Of a DNA stretch of 64,000 nucleotides, positions 42,236-50,997 are shown one piece after another (the stretch's first letter is position 1; each line of letters starts with the position of its first letter). Location: IMG/VR virus record IMGVR_UViG_3300023294_000015, positions 3,343 to 67,342 of that record. The stretch is one strand, 5' to 3'. Position numbers and translations under genes: made by a program. A model generated the notes under the pieces. That model saw nothing but the letters and a program-made list of their open reading frames with translations, searched no databases and was not told the origin of the DNA. This DNA comes from a virus.

Positions 42236-42781
42236 TTATTTACCGCAAAGAGTTTTTGTCTTTACAACAAGAGCATCAAACTCAGCATTCAATTGTGTAA
42301 GACTTACACCACCAATTACAGCAAGTGATTGATTACTCAAAGCATCTACCAATACGTCTAATGCTGCATAAACTCCATCAAGAGCATCTCCTAATGTAGA
42401 CACTTCATCGTCTGATTTTTCTTGAAAGCTATTTACAAGCTCTGCAAGTACATCAGCACTTTGAGAATTGTATTTTGCAAAATGTGCAGCACCTTCATCA
42501 GAAGTATGATACTGTTCTTTTGCATAAGCTAAGTTTGCTGCATACTCAGAAGCACCAGCATTCATTTTAGCAGGTGTTACAAAGATATAAACATCATCTG
42601 CATCGTTAGGAATAAGTGCATCCCCATCTACGAGGTCTGTCTGTGTACCACGGATTACTACTCTACATCCTGCATAATTTACAGTAGGTGTAGCTGCTTT
42701 TAAATCATCAAAAGTTCTACCAGTCCAGCTTTCGAGTGTTACAGGTGCTCCTCCATTTGCTTTAATATGTACGTTACTCAT
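42236..42781 (-). CDS. Ubiquitin-like (beta-grasp) protein precursor with C-terminal helical extension
   Basis: Residues 1-76 fit a beta-beta-alpha-beta-beta-beta pattern (VHIK, VTLE, TFDDLKAA, RVVI, TDL..GD..IP, VYIFVTP) and end in KMNAG76; about 105 aa of acidic helical tail follow. Confidence 0.65.
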   Translation of the reverse strand: MSNVHIKANGGAPVTLESWTGRTFDDLKAATPTVNYAGCRVVIRGTQTDLVDGDALIPNDADDVYIFVTPAKMNAGASEYAANLAYAKEQYHTSDEGAAHFAKYNSQSADVLAELVNSFQEKSDDEVSTLGDALDGVYAALDVLVDALSNQSLAVIGGVSLTQLNAEFDALVVKTKTLCGK

Positions 42782-42806
42782 TTGTTTTTATATTTAATTG
42801 TTATTG

Positions 42807-43064
42807 TTATTTGTCAAGAAAACTTGTGTATTCTTGCATAAAATTATTGTATCCATCTTGTATATCAGAAAAGAAATCTACTTCTTCTTCCAATACACTA
42901 AGGTTCATTGCTCCTCCCAAAATATTGGATTCACCCATATCATACAGAGCTTCAATTTCTAATCTTATTTGTTTTACATTTGACGTTTCGAGTCTTTCTC
43001 GTGTCAATGATAAAACTTTCTCAAGACTATCGAGTGTTTCCTCTGATAAATCATTACCAAACAT
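42807..43064 (-). CDS. Acidic hypothetical protein
   Basis: 85-aa ORF tiled in the operon. Confidence 0.6.
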   Translation of the reverse strand: MFGNDLSEETLDSLEKVLSLTRERLETSNVKQIRLEIEALYDMGESNILGGAMNLSVLEEEVDFFSDIQDGYNNFMQEYTSFLDK

Positions 43065-43438
43065 TATAGTTTTGTTATTTGTACGTTTTCAAATTTATCT
43101 ATATAAGAATCATGATTAACAAGAAAGTCAATTTTATTTGCCCATCTCTTATTCATTCTATCAGCGATAATCCATTTACCATCATATACATTAGTACCTT
43201 CTATCAAAACAGAATCTCCACCTTTAAAGTGTAATTCTAAATCTCGACTTACTGCTATATATTTATGTGCTAATGCATCATCAGAGTTAATTTTATACCC
43301 AAACGCGGTAGTGAGGTAATCCTCATTACATTGTGCAGGTGTTGCCTGATATACCGTTGCTGTTACAGTCACAGGTTTAGACATTTTATTAACTCTATGA
43401 AATGATAAAATCATCATTACCATTACTATTTTAAACAT
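43064..43438 (-). CDS. 3D-domain (MltA/RlpA-like) cell-wall protein
   Basis: TATVY, IAVSRD, GD.V.I, ADRMNKRW.NKID motifs; hydrophobic N-terminus. Confidence 0.75.
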   Translation of the reverse strand: MFKIVMVMMILSFHRVNKMSKPVTVTATVYQATPAQCNEDYLTTAFGYKINSDDALAHKYIAVSRDLELHFKGGDSVLIEGTNVYDGKWIIADRMNKRWANKIDFLVNHDSYIDKFENVQITKL

Positions 43439-43794
43439 GTTTTACGTATTAGTTCTAAAAAATCTTCCAAATGCATGTGTACATATTCTCCCCGTTTCAT
43501 AAATCTACCATTGTCTGCTTTTCTGGTCTGTCTGTCAAATATGACATTCATTTGACCCTCTTCGATTGGCATTTCATCTATAATTTCAGGATACTTTAGT
43601 ATCTTAGAATAATTTTTACATTGTACATTCAAGAAACCTGTATAACATAAATCAACCTTTTGGTTATCTCTATTTCTACTTTCTGCTCTTGAAGTTACAC
43701 ATTTAGGATAAAACTCTTTAAGTAATTTCCCACAATAGAGTTCAAAATTATTACCAGCCGAACGATTGCGTGAACCACCTCTCTTTATTGTCAT
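43426..43794 (-). CDS. Holliday junction resolvase (PD-(D/E)xK)
   Basis: R..GNNFE, KVDL and NVQCK motifs. Confidence 0.75.
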   Translation of the reverse strand: MTIKRGGSRNRSAGNNFELYCGKLLKEFYPKCVTSRAESRNRDNQKVDLCYTGFLNVQCKNYSKILKYPEIIDEMPIEEGQMNVIFDRQTRKADNGRFMKRGEYVHMHLEDFLELIRKTCLK

Positions 43795-43806
43795 ATCTCT
43801 CTCCTC

Positions 43807-44751
43807 TCATCTACTTAAAGATCTAATTATTAATTCATTTGTACTCTCTTTACCATATTTTTTACAATGGTCTGTCACATCTTTAGTATCATCATCGTTG
43901 AATATCCCACTTATTCCATACTTATCGCTGTGACGTTGTACAAAAGCTTCTCCTGAAGCATCAGGGTCACCCCATATTAGTACACGATTAAAACGACTTA
44001 ATATATCTTCCATTATAGGTTCTGGTACATCAATTGATTCTGCTTGTGGTGCAAACGCTGTTATATTAAATTCATTCAGTAACATTACGTCTTTATAAGA
44101 CTTTTGTATGATACATAATTCACCTTTTTCAGGTAATAAATCATACCCTTGTAATGTCATACCTCCTGATATGAACCTCATTTCCTCTTCATGGGGTCTG
44201 TATATCTTCCATTCGTTAAGTAAATTGTATGCATAGCTTGGTGTATTACACGTCCACCATCCATAATTACTCATATGAAATCTTGATATAGGTACAACTC
44301 GAAATTTATTTAAAGTTCCAGTAGATATTCCCCATGATTGCCACCATTGTACGTCTTCAGTATTAGCTTTCCTACGTTGTATTTTTATTTCAGGAAACGC
44401 ACGTTGTTTACGTACTATATGTTTCTTAGGTATATATAGTGATGGAATGGACTGACAATTCATATCAGCCCAAACCATCTCTAACATACTTTCAAAATCT
44501 AACATAGGAAACATTAGAAGTACAAAATTAAAAACTTCACCTTTAATACCTGTACCGTAGTCAATAAATTTTAAATTCCCGTTATTGCCGTAATATAGTC
44601 TAAATGATGGCGTTCTGTCATCACCTCTTAGAGGAGACTGAATCATCTCTCTGATACTTATATTATCGCCTATGTAACGTTTATAAATTTCTAATTCACT
44701 TACTTTAGACAGAATGATGTCCGTACTAATACATGCTCTTACGTTCATCAT
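43807..44751 (-). CDS. DNA primase (DnaG/TOPRIM, crAss-like)
   Basis: SPLR.D..PSF, F.DYG.G..G, KIYRP, LQGY..LP, KS.KDVM, DPD..G and KD.TD motifs. Confidence 0.85.
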   Translation of the reverse strand: MMNVRACISTDIILSKVSELEIYKRYIGDNISIREMIQSPLRGDDRTPSFRLYYGNNGNLKFIDYGTGIKGEVFNFVLLMFPMLDFESMLEMVWADMNCQSIPSLYIPKKHIVRKQRAFPEIKIQRRKANTEDVQWWQSWGISTGTLNKFRVVPISRFHMSNYGWWTCNTPSYAYNLLNEWKIYRPHEEEMRFISGGMTLQGYDLLPEKGELCIIQKSYKDVMLLNEFNITAFAPQAESIDVPEPIMEDILSRFNRVLIWGDPDASGEAFVQRHSDKYGISGIFNDDDTKDVTDHCKKYGKESTNELIIRSLSR

Positions 44752-44774
44752 TATTAAAGACTGTTTTTATTTAT

Positions 44775-45590
44775 TTACCAAGCATTAGCTGTAGTAGCAG
44801 TTGTAGTTCCTACTGCTTCACCAGTATCAGGAGTTCCTCCTACAGTCCATTTTTGCCATACAAAGCTATTTTGGTAATCATCTTTAAATTCATTACCATC
44901 TTTAGCAAATTCAGTAGTAAATGCTTTATTCATATCTTGATAGCTACGAGTAACTAGTTTGCGATAGAATGATTGATAGTAACGATCTGCTTTACCATCT
45001 TCACCTTCTACAGTACGTACTCCCACTAACAAACCTACTCGGTTGCCAGTCTTTTGAGCAGCTCTCATATATCCTTGAAGCTCACTAAAATCTCCATTAA
45101 AGATAGCATCCCAATCTTTTAAACCAAATTTATCACCAGTTTTACCACCTTTATGATTCAAGTAAGCTTGCATAAATTGAATAAACTCTTCTTCTCCTTG
45201 ATAAGCAGGACGTACACCTTCTGTATTATACCATGAGGTATAATTTGAAGGAATTGTTTCTCCTTCTTTCCACCAACCTGTTTGTGCAACAGAATTAATG
45301 TGTTGCGTAGTCCCTGTATTTGTTGAAACACGCTTTGCTCTTGTAATAAAGAATGATTTTTTCTCGGTCACTTCAGCTTCAGGCTGTCTCAACCAAAAGT
45401 CAATACGTACTCGTACATTACCATCATCATCTGCTCCTACAGGAATTGTTGGTGCTTTAGGCTCTTTAAAACCTAGTACACTAGACATTTCCTCAACTGT
45501 AGGTGCAATAGCTACTACTTCAAAAGTATTAGCACCAGTAAAGAGTTCCTTCTCACCAATTACATTCTCACTTCCATCTCTTACTTGCAT
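44775..45590 (-). CDS. Putative single-stranded DNA-binding protein
   Basis: LFTG...VVAI.PT..E, RIDFWL and RPAY.GEE motifs; flexible tail ending in an aromatic residue; position between ATPase and primase as in crAss-like phages. Confidence 0.6.
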   Translation of the reverse strand: MQVRDGSENVIGEKELFTGANTFEVVAIAPTVEEMSSVLGFKEPKAPTIPVGADDDGNVRVRIDFWLRQPEAEVTEKKSFFITRAKRVSTNTGTTQHINSVAQTGWWKEGETIPSNYTSWYNTEGVRPAYQGEEEFIQFMQAYLNHKGGKTGDKFGLKDWDAIFNGDFSELQGYMRAAQKTGNRVGLLVGVRTVEGEDGKADRYYQSFYRKLVTRSYQDMNKAFTTEFAKDGNEFKDDYQNSFVWQKWTVGGTPDTGEAVGTTTATTANAW

Positions 45591-45628
45591 TCTTTTCTAT
45601 TTTAAATTAATTATTGTACTATCGTTTA

Positions 45629-45964
45629 TTAAAATTCTACTTCTTCTGTTTCAAAAATACCTTCTACTAATTCTTCAGTAGCAGTTACTGTTGTAGAAAT
45701 TGTTGTATTATTCATTCTTGGTAAAGTTTCAATTGTACGTTCTCCTTCATCAAGTACAAACATTGGCATTGCTACTTTCTTAAATCGAATACCTTTCAAT
45801 CGTTCATCTCTAAATGCTAAAGTTATTTGGTCAGCACTTAAATTATAATGTTCTTGAATTGACCCAAGTTCTGCATTATAATTTTTATCATCAATTTTTC
45901 GTGTCATTCCATTAGATAACATAAATCTAATGTCTTCAATGTTTAAAGTTTTTTGTTCGTTCAT
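45629..45964 (-). CDS. Hypothetical protein (possible HTH)
   Basis: 111 aa, L.NGMTR...IQEHYNL motif, acidic tail. Confidence 0.55.
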   Translation of the reverse strand: MNEQKTLNIEDIRFMLSNGMTRKIDDKNYNAELGSIQEHYNLSADQITLAFRDERLKGIRFKKVAMPMFVLDEGERTIETLPRMNNTTISTTVTATEELVEGIFETEEVEF

Positions 45965-45999
45965 TTTTATTTATTTAATTGTTATTGTTTACTATTTTA

Positions 46000-46692
46000 T
46001 TAATACGATAATAGTTTTTCAACTATCAAGTTATAATCGTTTGGTATCATACCTTCTAATAAACCTTCATTACTTCTTGCCGTATTCATACCACTATTCT
46101 GTGTTTCAAGAAGGTATTCTGGATCACCAGATTCTTCGTTTCTAGTCACTTTAGTATATAATACCATTTCAAGCTTACCTTCAATTTGCATTTTACTGTT
46201 GGCTAACTTACCTAGAGTTTTCAATCTAACTTTAGATTCATTACCTTCTTTATAAGTTTCTGTATGCCCTGTAATAAATGCAATCTTATCGTCTTCAAAC
46301 ATACCTTTATCAATACCCATTTTAATATGACTAATGATATCTTTATATTCTTTAGGTACTACATGATAAGGCATTTTAGGGGTATTTTTTTTACCATAAA
46401 CTTCTCTGCCACCTTTCCAAGTTGGATTTTTATTGTCTGCATTGAACCATATATTAGTATCTGTAGGTAATGTTTTCATACCAAATGATTTTCCAGTACC
46501 AGGACTTCCAAGTATTAAAACAGTCTCAAAACCTAAATTTTGAAGCTGTGTCATAAAATCAAATATTGAAATTCCGTAATCGAACCATTGGTCATGCCCA
46601 GGTTTCTTTTTATCACTAGCGTATTGATTATCTTGCAACGCAGTCAACGTATCTACACAAATAGTTCTTATCTTCTTTTTCTCTTCACTCAT
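46000..46692 (-). CDS. Sak4/AAA_24-like ATPase with rearranged motif order
   Basis: GSPGTGKS Walker A, NADNK, ITGH, KTLGK, IEG and TARS motifs. The Walker-B-like ICVDTLT segment is at the N-terminus. Confidence 0.75.
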   Translation of the reverse strand: MSEEKKKIRTICVDTLTALQDNQYASDKKKPGHDQWFDYGISIFDFMTQLQNLGFETVLILGSPGTGKSFGMKTLPTDTNIWFNADNKNPTWKGGREVYGKKNTPKMPYHVVPKEYKDIISHIKMGIDKGMFEDDKIAFITGHTETYKEGNESKVRLKTLGKLANSKMQIEGKLEMVLYTKVTRNEESGDPEYLLETQNSGMNTARSNEGLLEGMIPNDYNLIVEKLLSY

Positions 46693-46695
46693 TCT

Positions 46696-47868
46696 TTAAT
46701 TGTTATATATTTCTTTTACTCTATTGTAAACATGAATCATTTCTGGGTCATTTGATGATGGTAATTCCTTAAAAATATTACAAGCACCGTCAAAATACAA
46801 TGGTGTTCTAATGTTAGATTCACCATCTCTACCTTTTAATTTAAGTAATAACCTAAAATGATCTTGTAATCTAGTAATATCATAACCTTCACATTCTTCT
46901 ATTTGATACCTATCAGGAGCAAATAATCCAAATACATCATCAGCATCTCTAGCAGTTAATTTATTATCTCCTAAACCAGCTAATGAAGGTAACAACTTTT
47001 CATCAATAGAACCTCCTTTAAATGTAAACTGTTTTTTCTCAGACTCAGCCGATTGTTGTTGAACTACAACTATAATATTATTATATTTATCACGTAATTC
47101 TAAAGCATATCTACTACTAAACAAACTAATTGTTTGATGTAAATTAAGCATTTGACCATCTTGTTTTTCTGTATGTAACAGACTTATGTGGTCAATAATG
47201 CACATTATATATAGCTCTGGATCATCTGGTATAAATATATCTTTAACAGAAGTTATTACTTCAGATATTAATACTTTTTTATAAGTCCAATGTCCTTTAC
47301 GTTCATTATAATCTTTCATTATTTTGAAAATACCCGTAGGATTTTTCACATTGTCGATTATAGTAACATACTTTTCAAGGTCTGCAAAATATTCTTCTCC
47401 TTGTTTAATTAATTCTAATATCTCTTGGGATAAAAATGAACCTACTTTACCAACAGATCTTAATTGTTTAATAGAGACTCTCCTGTGGTGTTTTGTATAT
47501 AACCAATAGGATATAATTGACATCATAAACTTTTCTTTATTTTCTTCAAGAGAAAAAAAGAATATTTTTAATCTAACATCAGTTTCTGGATTATTCTTAA
47601 TAAACTCATATGAATTTATTACATATAGAAATCTAGTAAACTTTGATTTAGCTACTCCTGATGATGCTGTAATTATTGCATAAGTACCTTTTTCAACTCC
47701 TGGATGAAATTGAGCAGTTCGGTCAAATGGTAGAGGTATACAATTTACATTACCTAAAGCAGCACGTTCTTGACGATGCTCAATTTCTTTAAGTGCTTTA
47801 TAAAATACTCCTTCCCCATTTAACTTCTTCTGTTCCTCCATTTTTACTATCTTCTTCGTATGCATCAC
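46696..47868 (-). CDS. DnaB-like replicative helicase
   Basis: ASSGVAKS, FFSLEE, IIDHISLL, VVQQQ, RDAD.V.GLF.P and K.RDG motifs. Confidence 0.8.
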   Translation of the reverse strand: MMHTKKIVKMEEQKKLNGEGVFYKALKEIEHRQERAALGNVNCIPLPFDRTAQFHPGVEKGTYAIITASSGVAKSKFTRFLYVINSYEFIKNNPETDVRLKIFFFSLEENKEKFMMSIISYWLYTKHHRRVSIKQLRSVGKVGSFLSQEILELIKQGEEYFADLEKYVTIIDNVKNPTGIFKIMKDYNERKGHWTYKKVLISEVITSVKDIFIPDDPELYIMCIIDHISLLHTEKQDGQMLNLHQTISLFSSRYALELRDKYNNIIVVVQQQSAESEKKQFTFKGGSIDEKLLPSLAGLGDNKLTARDADDVFGLFAPDRYQIEECEGYDITRLQDHFRLLLKLKGRDGESNIRTPLYFDGACNIFKELPSSNDPEMIHVYNRVKEIYNN

Positions 47869-48364
47869 ATAATGTTGCTAGTAGTGATGTACTGTTTTTA
47901 CTAATCATATACTCAGCAGTACTCATAAAAGCGTATCCTTCTTTTCGTTTACTTTCAACATACTTAGCTGTTGCAGCTAGTATAATTTCATCAGTTATTT
48001 TAGGATGTTTACTTTTAAAAGTTATCATCTTAGCTATAAGATTATCTAAGTTACTCTTTACAGGTATACCACCAGACTTTATTTTTGCTGGGAATAACTC
48101 TCTAAATTTCTCTGTTAAATCTTTAACATCAGATTGTGTTACTGTTTTCTTAATTGTAATTTTCATAAAAGTTTCACTAAGAAACTTTATACTCTTTTCT
48201 GTAAGTACTCCTTCAGAATCTAAATAATCAAATTCTTTTAAAAAACTTATATTGGACATTTTACCTAATGGTATATTTTCTATATTCTTTAGTGAATATA
48301 AATAAAATGCTTCATTTGGTGTAACTCCCTCTCCTCTCAATCTTTCTTCATCTACACCTATCAT
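47798..48364 (-). CDS. Hypothetical replication-associated protein
   Basis: 188 aa; F..LFP..., I..AT..YV and YMI.K motifs; directly upstream of the helicase. Confidence 0.5.
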   Translation of the reverse strand: MIGVDEERLRGEGVTPNEAFYLYSLKNIENIPLGKMSNISFLKEFDYLDSEGVLTEKSIKFLSETFMKITIKKTVTQSDVKDLTEKFRELFPAKIKSGGIPVKSNLDNLIAKMITFKSKHPKITDEIILAATAKYVESKRKEGYAFMSTAEYMISKNSTSLLATLCDAYEEDSKNGGTEEVKWGRSIL

Positions 48365-48367
48365 TTT

Positions 48368-48544
48368 TTATTGTTTTACTTTAATTTCATCTAAAATAAA
48401 TTTAAGACTTATTAATAATAAAACTATTGGTAAATAAATTTCCCAATTGTCTGTTTTTCTTATCCATAAAGAACCAGCTATAGCTCCTGCTGCTACAGCA
48501 ACAAACTTATTTATAATTCTATTTATACTTGTTAAATATTTCAT
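48368..48544 (-). CDS. Small membrane protein (58 aa, not in ORF track)
   Basis: MKYLTSINRIINKFVAVAAGAIAGSLWIRKTDNWEIYLPIVLLLISLKFILDEIKVKQ; two hydrophobic segments. Confidence 0.5.
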   Translation of the reverse strand: MKYLTSINRIINKFVAVAAGAIAGSLWIRKTDNWEIYLPIVLLLISLKFILDEIKVKQ

Positions 48545-48554
48545 TTTTTTTAAT

Positions 48555-49163
48555 TTATTGTTTACTCATTGATTTAGGAATCTCATCATCTTTAATAGTA
48601 ACTTTAAACCCAACATTACCTGCTGTGTGAAATACTACTATACCTTCAGGATTCATAAAACCTTCTACAGCATAACTACCTGTTATTTTAAGTATATCTA
48701 ATGTATTATCAATAGCTAAACTATTAAACATTCCTTTATATAATATAGGAACTGTATTAATACCTTCTGGTAATACATCTTGATATTTTATAACACGTAA
48801 ATCTGCTTTAGGTACTAACAAAGGAGTTTTACCATGTTCACACCATCTTACAGTATTAAACAAAGAAAGTCTTTTTTCACCTTTAGACAATCCGTAACCT
48901 CTTTGTATTCCGCTTCCCCACCATTCACCAAAATGACGACCTACACCTAATTGTAGTATAGTATCTTTATTACCTTCTACCCATTTTGCAAAACCATGAT
49001 TATCATCTTGTGGTGTAATCCAACGTGTTCTACTACCAGCAATAATATCACCATCTTCTGTAATAAGTATTTGAGCGTTAGTACCATCTATTTTTTCAGT
49101 AATGATAATATCTCTATTTAATCTTCCCATTTTAGGAAAACCGTGAAATTCTAATTCTTTCAT
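48555..49163 (-). CDS. RNA ligase (Rnl2-like nucleotidyltransferase domain)
   Basis: Motif I TEKIDGTN, GSR, FGEW.G.GIQ, motif IV EGIVV, motif V FK. Confidence 0.85.
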   Translation of the reverse strand: MKELEFHGFPKMGRLNRDIIITEKIDGTNAQILITEDGDIIAGSRTRWITPQDDNHGFAKWVEGNKDTILQLGVGRHFGEWWGSGIQRGYGLSKGEKRLSLFNTVRWCEHGKTPLLVPKADLRVIKYQDVLPEGINTVPILYKGMFNSLAIDNTLDILKITGSYAVEGFMNPEGIVVFHTAGNVGFKVTIKDDEIPKSMSKQ

Positions 49164-49166
49164 ACT

Positions 49167-49355
49167 TTAATATATTAATCCTAAGTTATTTGCAATATAC
49201 TCTGCTTCTTTATCATGCATTCTTCTTAATTCACACAAATATGCAGCAATCTCTTCGTTAGTTTCAAATATGAGGTCTTTTTGAAGAATACCACTTGACC
49301 TACTGTAAACTATTAATTTAACTTTCTTCTTAGCTTTTCTTTTAAATTTTCCCAT
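49167..49355 (-). CDS. Hypothetical protein
   Basis: 62-aa ORF tiled in the operon. Confidence 0.5.
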   Translation of the reverse strand: MGKFKRKAKKKVKLIVYSRSSGILQKDLIFETNEEIAAYLCELRRMHDKEAEYIANNLGLIY

Positions 49356-49372
49356 ATTTGTTTATTTTATTA

Positions 49373-49543
49373 TTAAGTATTTGCTTTTCTACCACCTGTA
49401 CTAGCACCATGTACACTAGGTGCTGTTAATATAACTTTTTTCATAGCACTATCACAACACACATAACTTGGTGTATCATGTATACCATGAATCTTCTCTA
49501 CTTCTTTACCACATTTAAGGCATTTATAATCGTATGTTGGCAT
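49373..49543 (-). CDS. FmdB-like zinc-ribbon protein (56 aa, not in ORF track)
   Basis: MPTYDYKCLKCGKEVEKIHG...VCCDSAMKKVILTAP. Confidence 0.75.
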   Translation of the reverse strand: MPTYDYKCLKCGKEVEKIHGIHDTPSYVCCDSAMKKVILTAPSVHGASTGGRKANT

Positions 49544-49546
49544 TAT

Positions 49547-49798
49547 TTATTTAATTAAATTATCTGGTAATTTATCAACAATTTCATACCACTCGTCTAA
49601 TATTTCAAGTCCTGATATACAATTACTAGTGTGATGAAAATGTGTATTTCCTTGAGAAATAAAGTGTTTACTGTTAAATTTATAATCACCATCTTCAAAT
49701 TCTAAGGTAAAAATACCATCTTTACAAATATAATAAGAATATGAATATATTTCTTTAGTATATTTATATCGTGTTCTAACTATAGTTTCTATATCCAT
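49547..49798 (-). CDS. Hypothetical protein
   Basis: 83-aa ORF coupled to the helicase stop. Confidence 0.5.
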   Translation of the reverse strand: MDIETIVRTRYKYTKEIYSYSYYICKDGIFTLEFEDGDYKFNSKHFISQGNTHFHHTSNCISGLEILDEWYEIVDKLPDNLIK

Positions 49799-50997
49799 TA
49801 TTCAAATTTTATTTCATTAATATTATTATAATACATTACATTAAACTCTTCCATAGGTATTTGTGAACTAAATGATTCATACCATGATTCTTCTTGAGTA
49901 TCATTAGTTACAATTATATACACATTACCTATTTTATTATCGTTCTTACGTAATCTACCTGCTTGTTGAATAAATCTACCATGCTCTGAGTAATAACTCA
50001 TAAGTATTACATTATCAACTTTATTTAAATTAGCTCCTTGAACTAACATATTAAAGGATGCTATTACATCTATCTTGTCATTATCAAAATCTTCACGTAT
50101 TTGATTATTTAAAGCATCTCTAAGCTTCTTACTTTCTTTAGCTCTATTAGACCTTACAACATTAGGAGTAATTAGCTCTAAGCTATCTATATGATTACCA
50201 AAGAGAATTGATTTACCTTTTACTTTTGTAAGTAAATCTTTAGTAAGTTTTATTTTAGAAGGTAAGCTATAAAGCATATTAGCTCTTTTAGCTATAAACA
50301 TACGTCCTAACTTAAACTTACCACCTAATTGACATTCAGTACATTTATCATTGATATATCTATACTGTAATGCTTCTGTAGTGTAGAAAGGTTTCTTTTT
50401 AGTACCTGATAATATACTTCTAGTAACCTTATCAAGATTATGATATATTATATGTATGTTTAATTCTCTACTAGCTTTATCTTGCTGTGCATCACCTATA
50501 TCATACACATAGCATACAGGAGCAATTTGATTTAACAAACTCATCTTAGTATATTCTTCTGTACCAATAAGGTATTTCTTTTTAGAACGCAATGTAGCAC
50601 TTAAACCTAGTAATTTATCATAAGTATTGTTGTAAAAAAATATACCATATGTTAAAGTACATGCTGAATGTATTTCATCTGCAATTACTAAATTAAAATG
50701 TCTATTAGACCATCTAAACGCAGATTGATAACATGCAAACTCAAGTTCTACATGATTTAATATATCAGTACCAAATATTTCATCATACTTAGCTATATCA
50801 TCATATAAATCTTTCTCACGTTGAGTTGTCTCAGCAAGAAAAAGAACTTTACATCCTTTTTCTTGCTTTAACATTGCATCTAATGAAATCCATGTTTTAC
50901 CGATGCTAGTCGCAATTTCGACAGTTGATAAACAACCACTATCTTCCCAATGTTGACCAGCTATTAGTTGGACTTCTCTTCTGCGATTATCAAACAT
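49798..50997 (-). CDS. Superfamily 2 helicase (DExH)
   Basis: ATSIGKT, IADEIH, GLSAT, L.QGAN and QQAGR motifs. Confidence 0.88.
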   Translation of the reverse strand: MFDNRRREVQLIAGQHWEDSGCLSTVEIATSIGKTWISLDAMLKQEKGCKVLFLAETTQREKDLYDDIAKYDEIFGTDILNHVELEFACYQSAFRWSNRHFNLVIADEIHSACTLTYGIFFYNNTYDKLLGLSATLRSKKKYLIGTEEYTKMSLLNQIAPVCYVYDIGDAQQDKASRELNIHIIYHNLDKVTRSILSGTKKKPFYTTEALQYRYINDKCTECQLGGKFKLGRMFIAKRANMLYSLPSKIKLTKDLLTKVKGKSILFGNHIDSLELITPNVVRSNRAKESKKLRDALNNQIREDFDNDKIDVIASFNMLVQGANLNKVDNVILMSYYSEHGRFIQQAGRLRKNDNKIGNVYIIVTNDTQEESWYESFSSQIPMEEFNVMYYNNINEIKFE

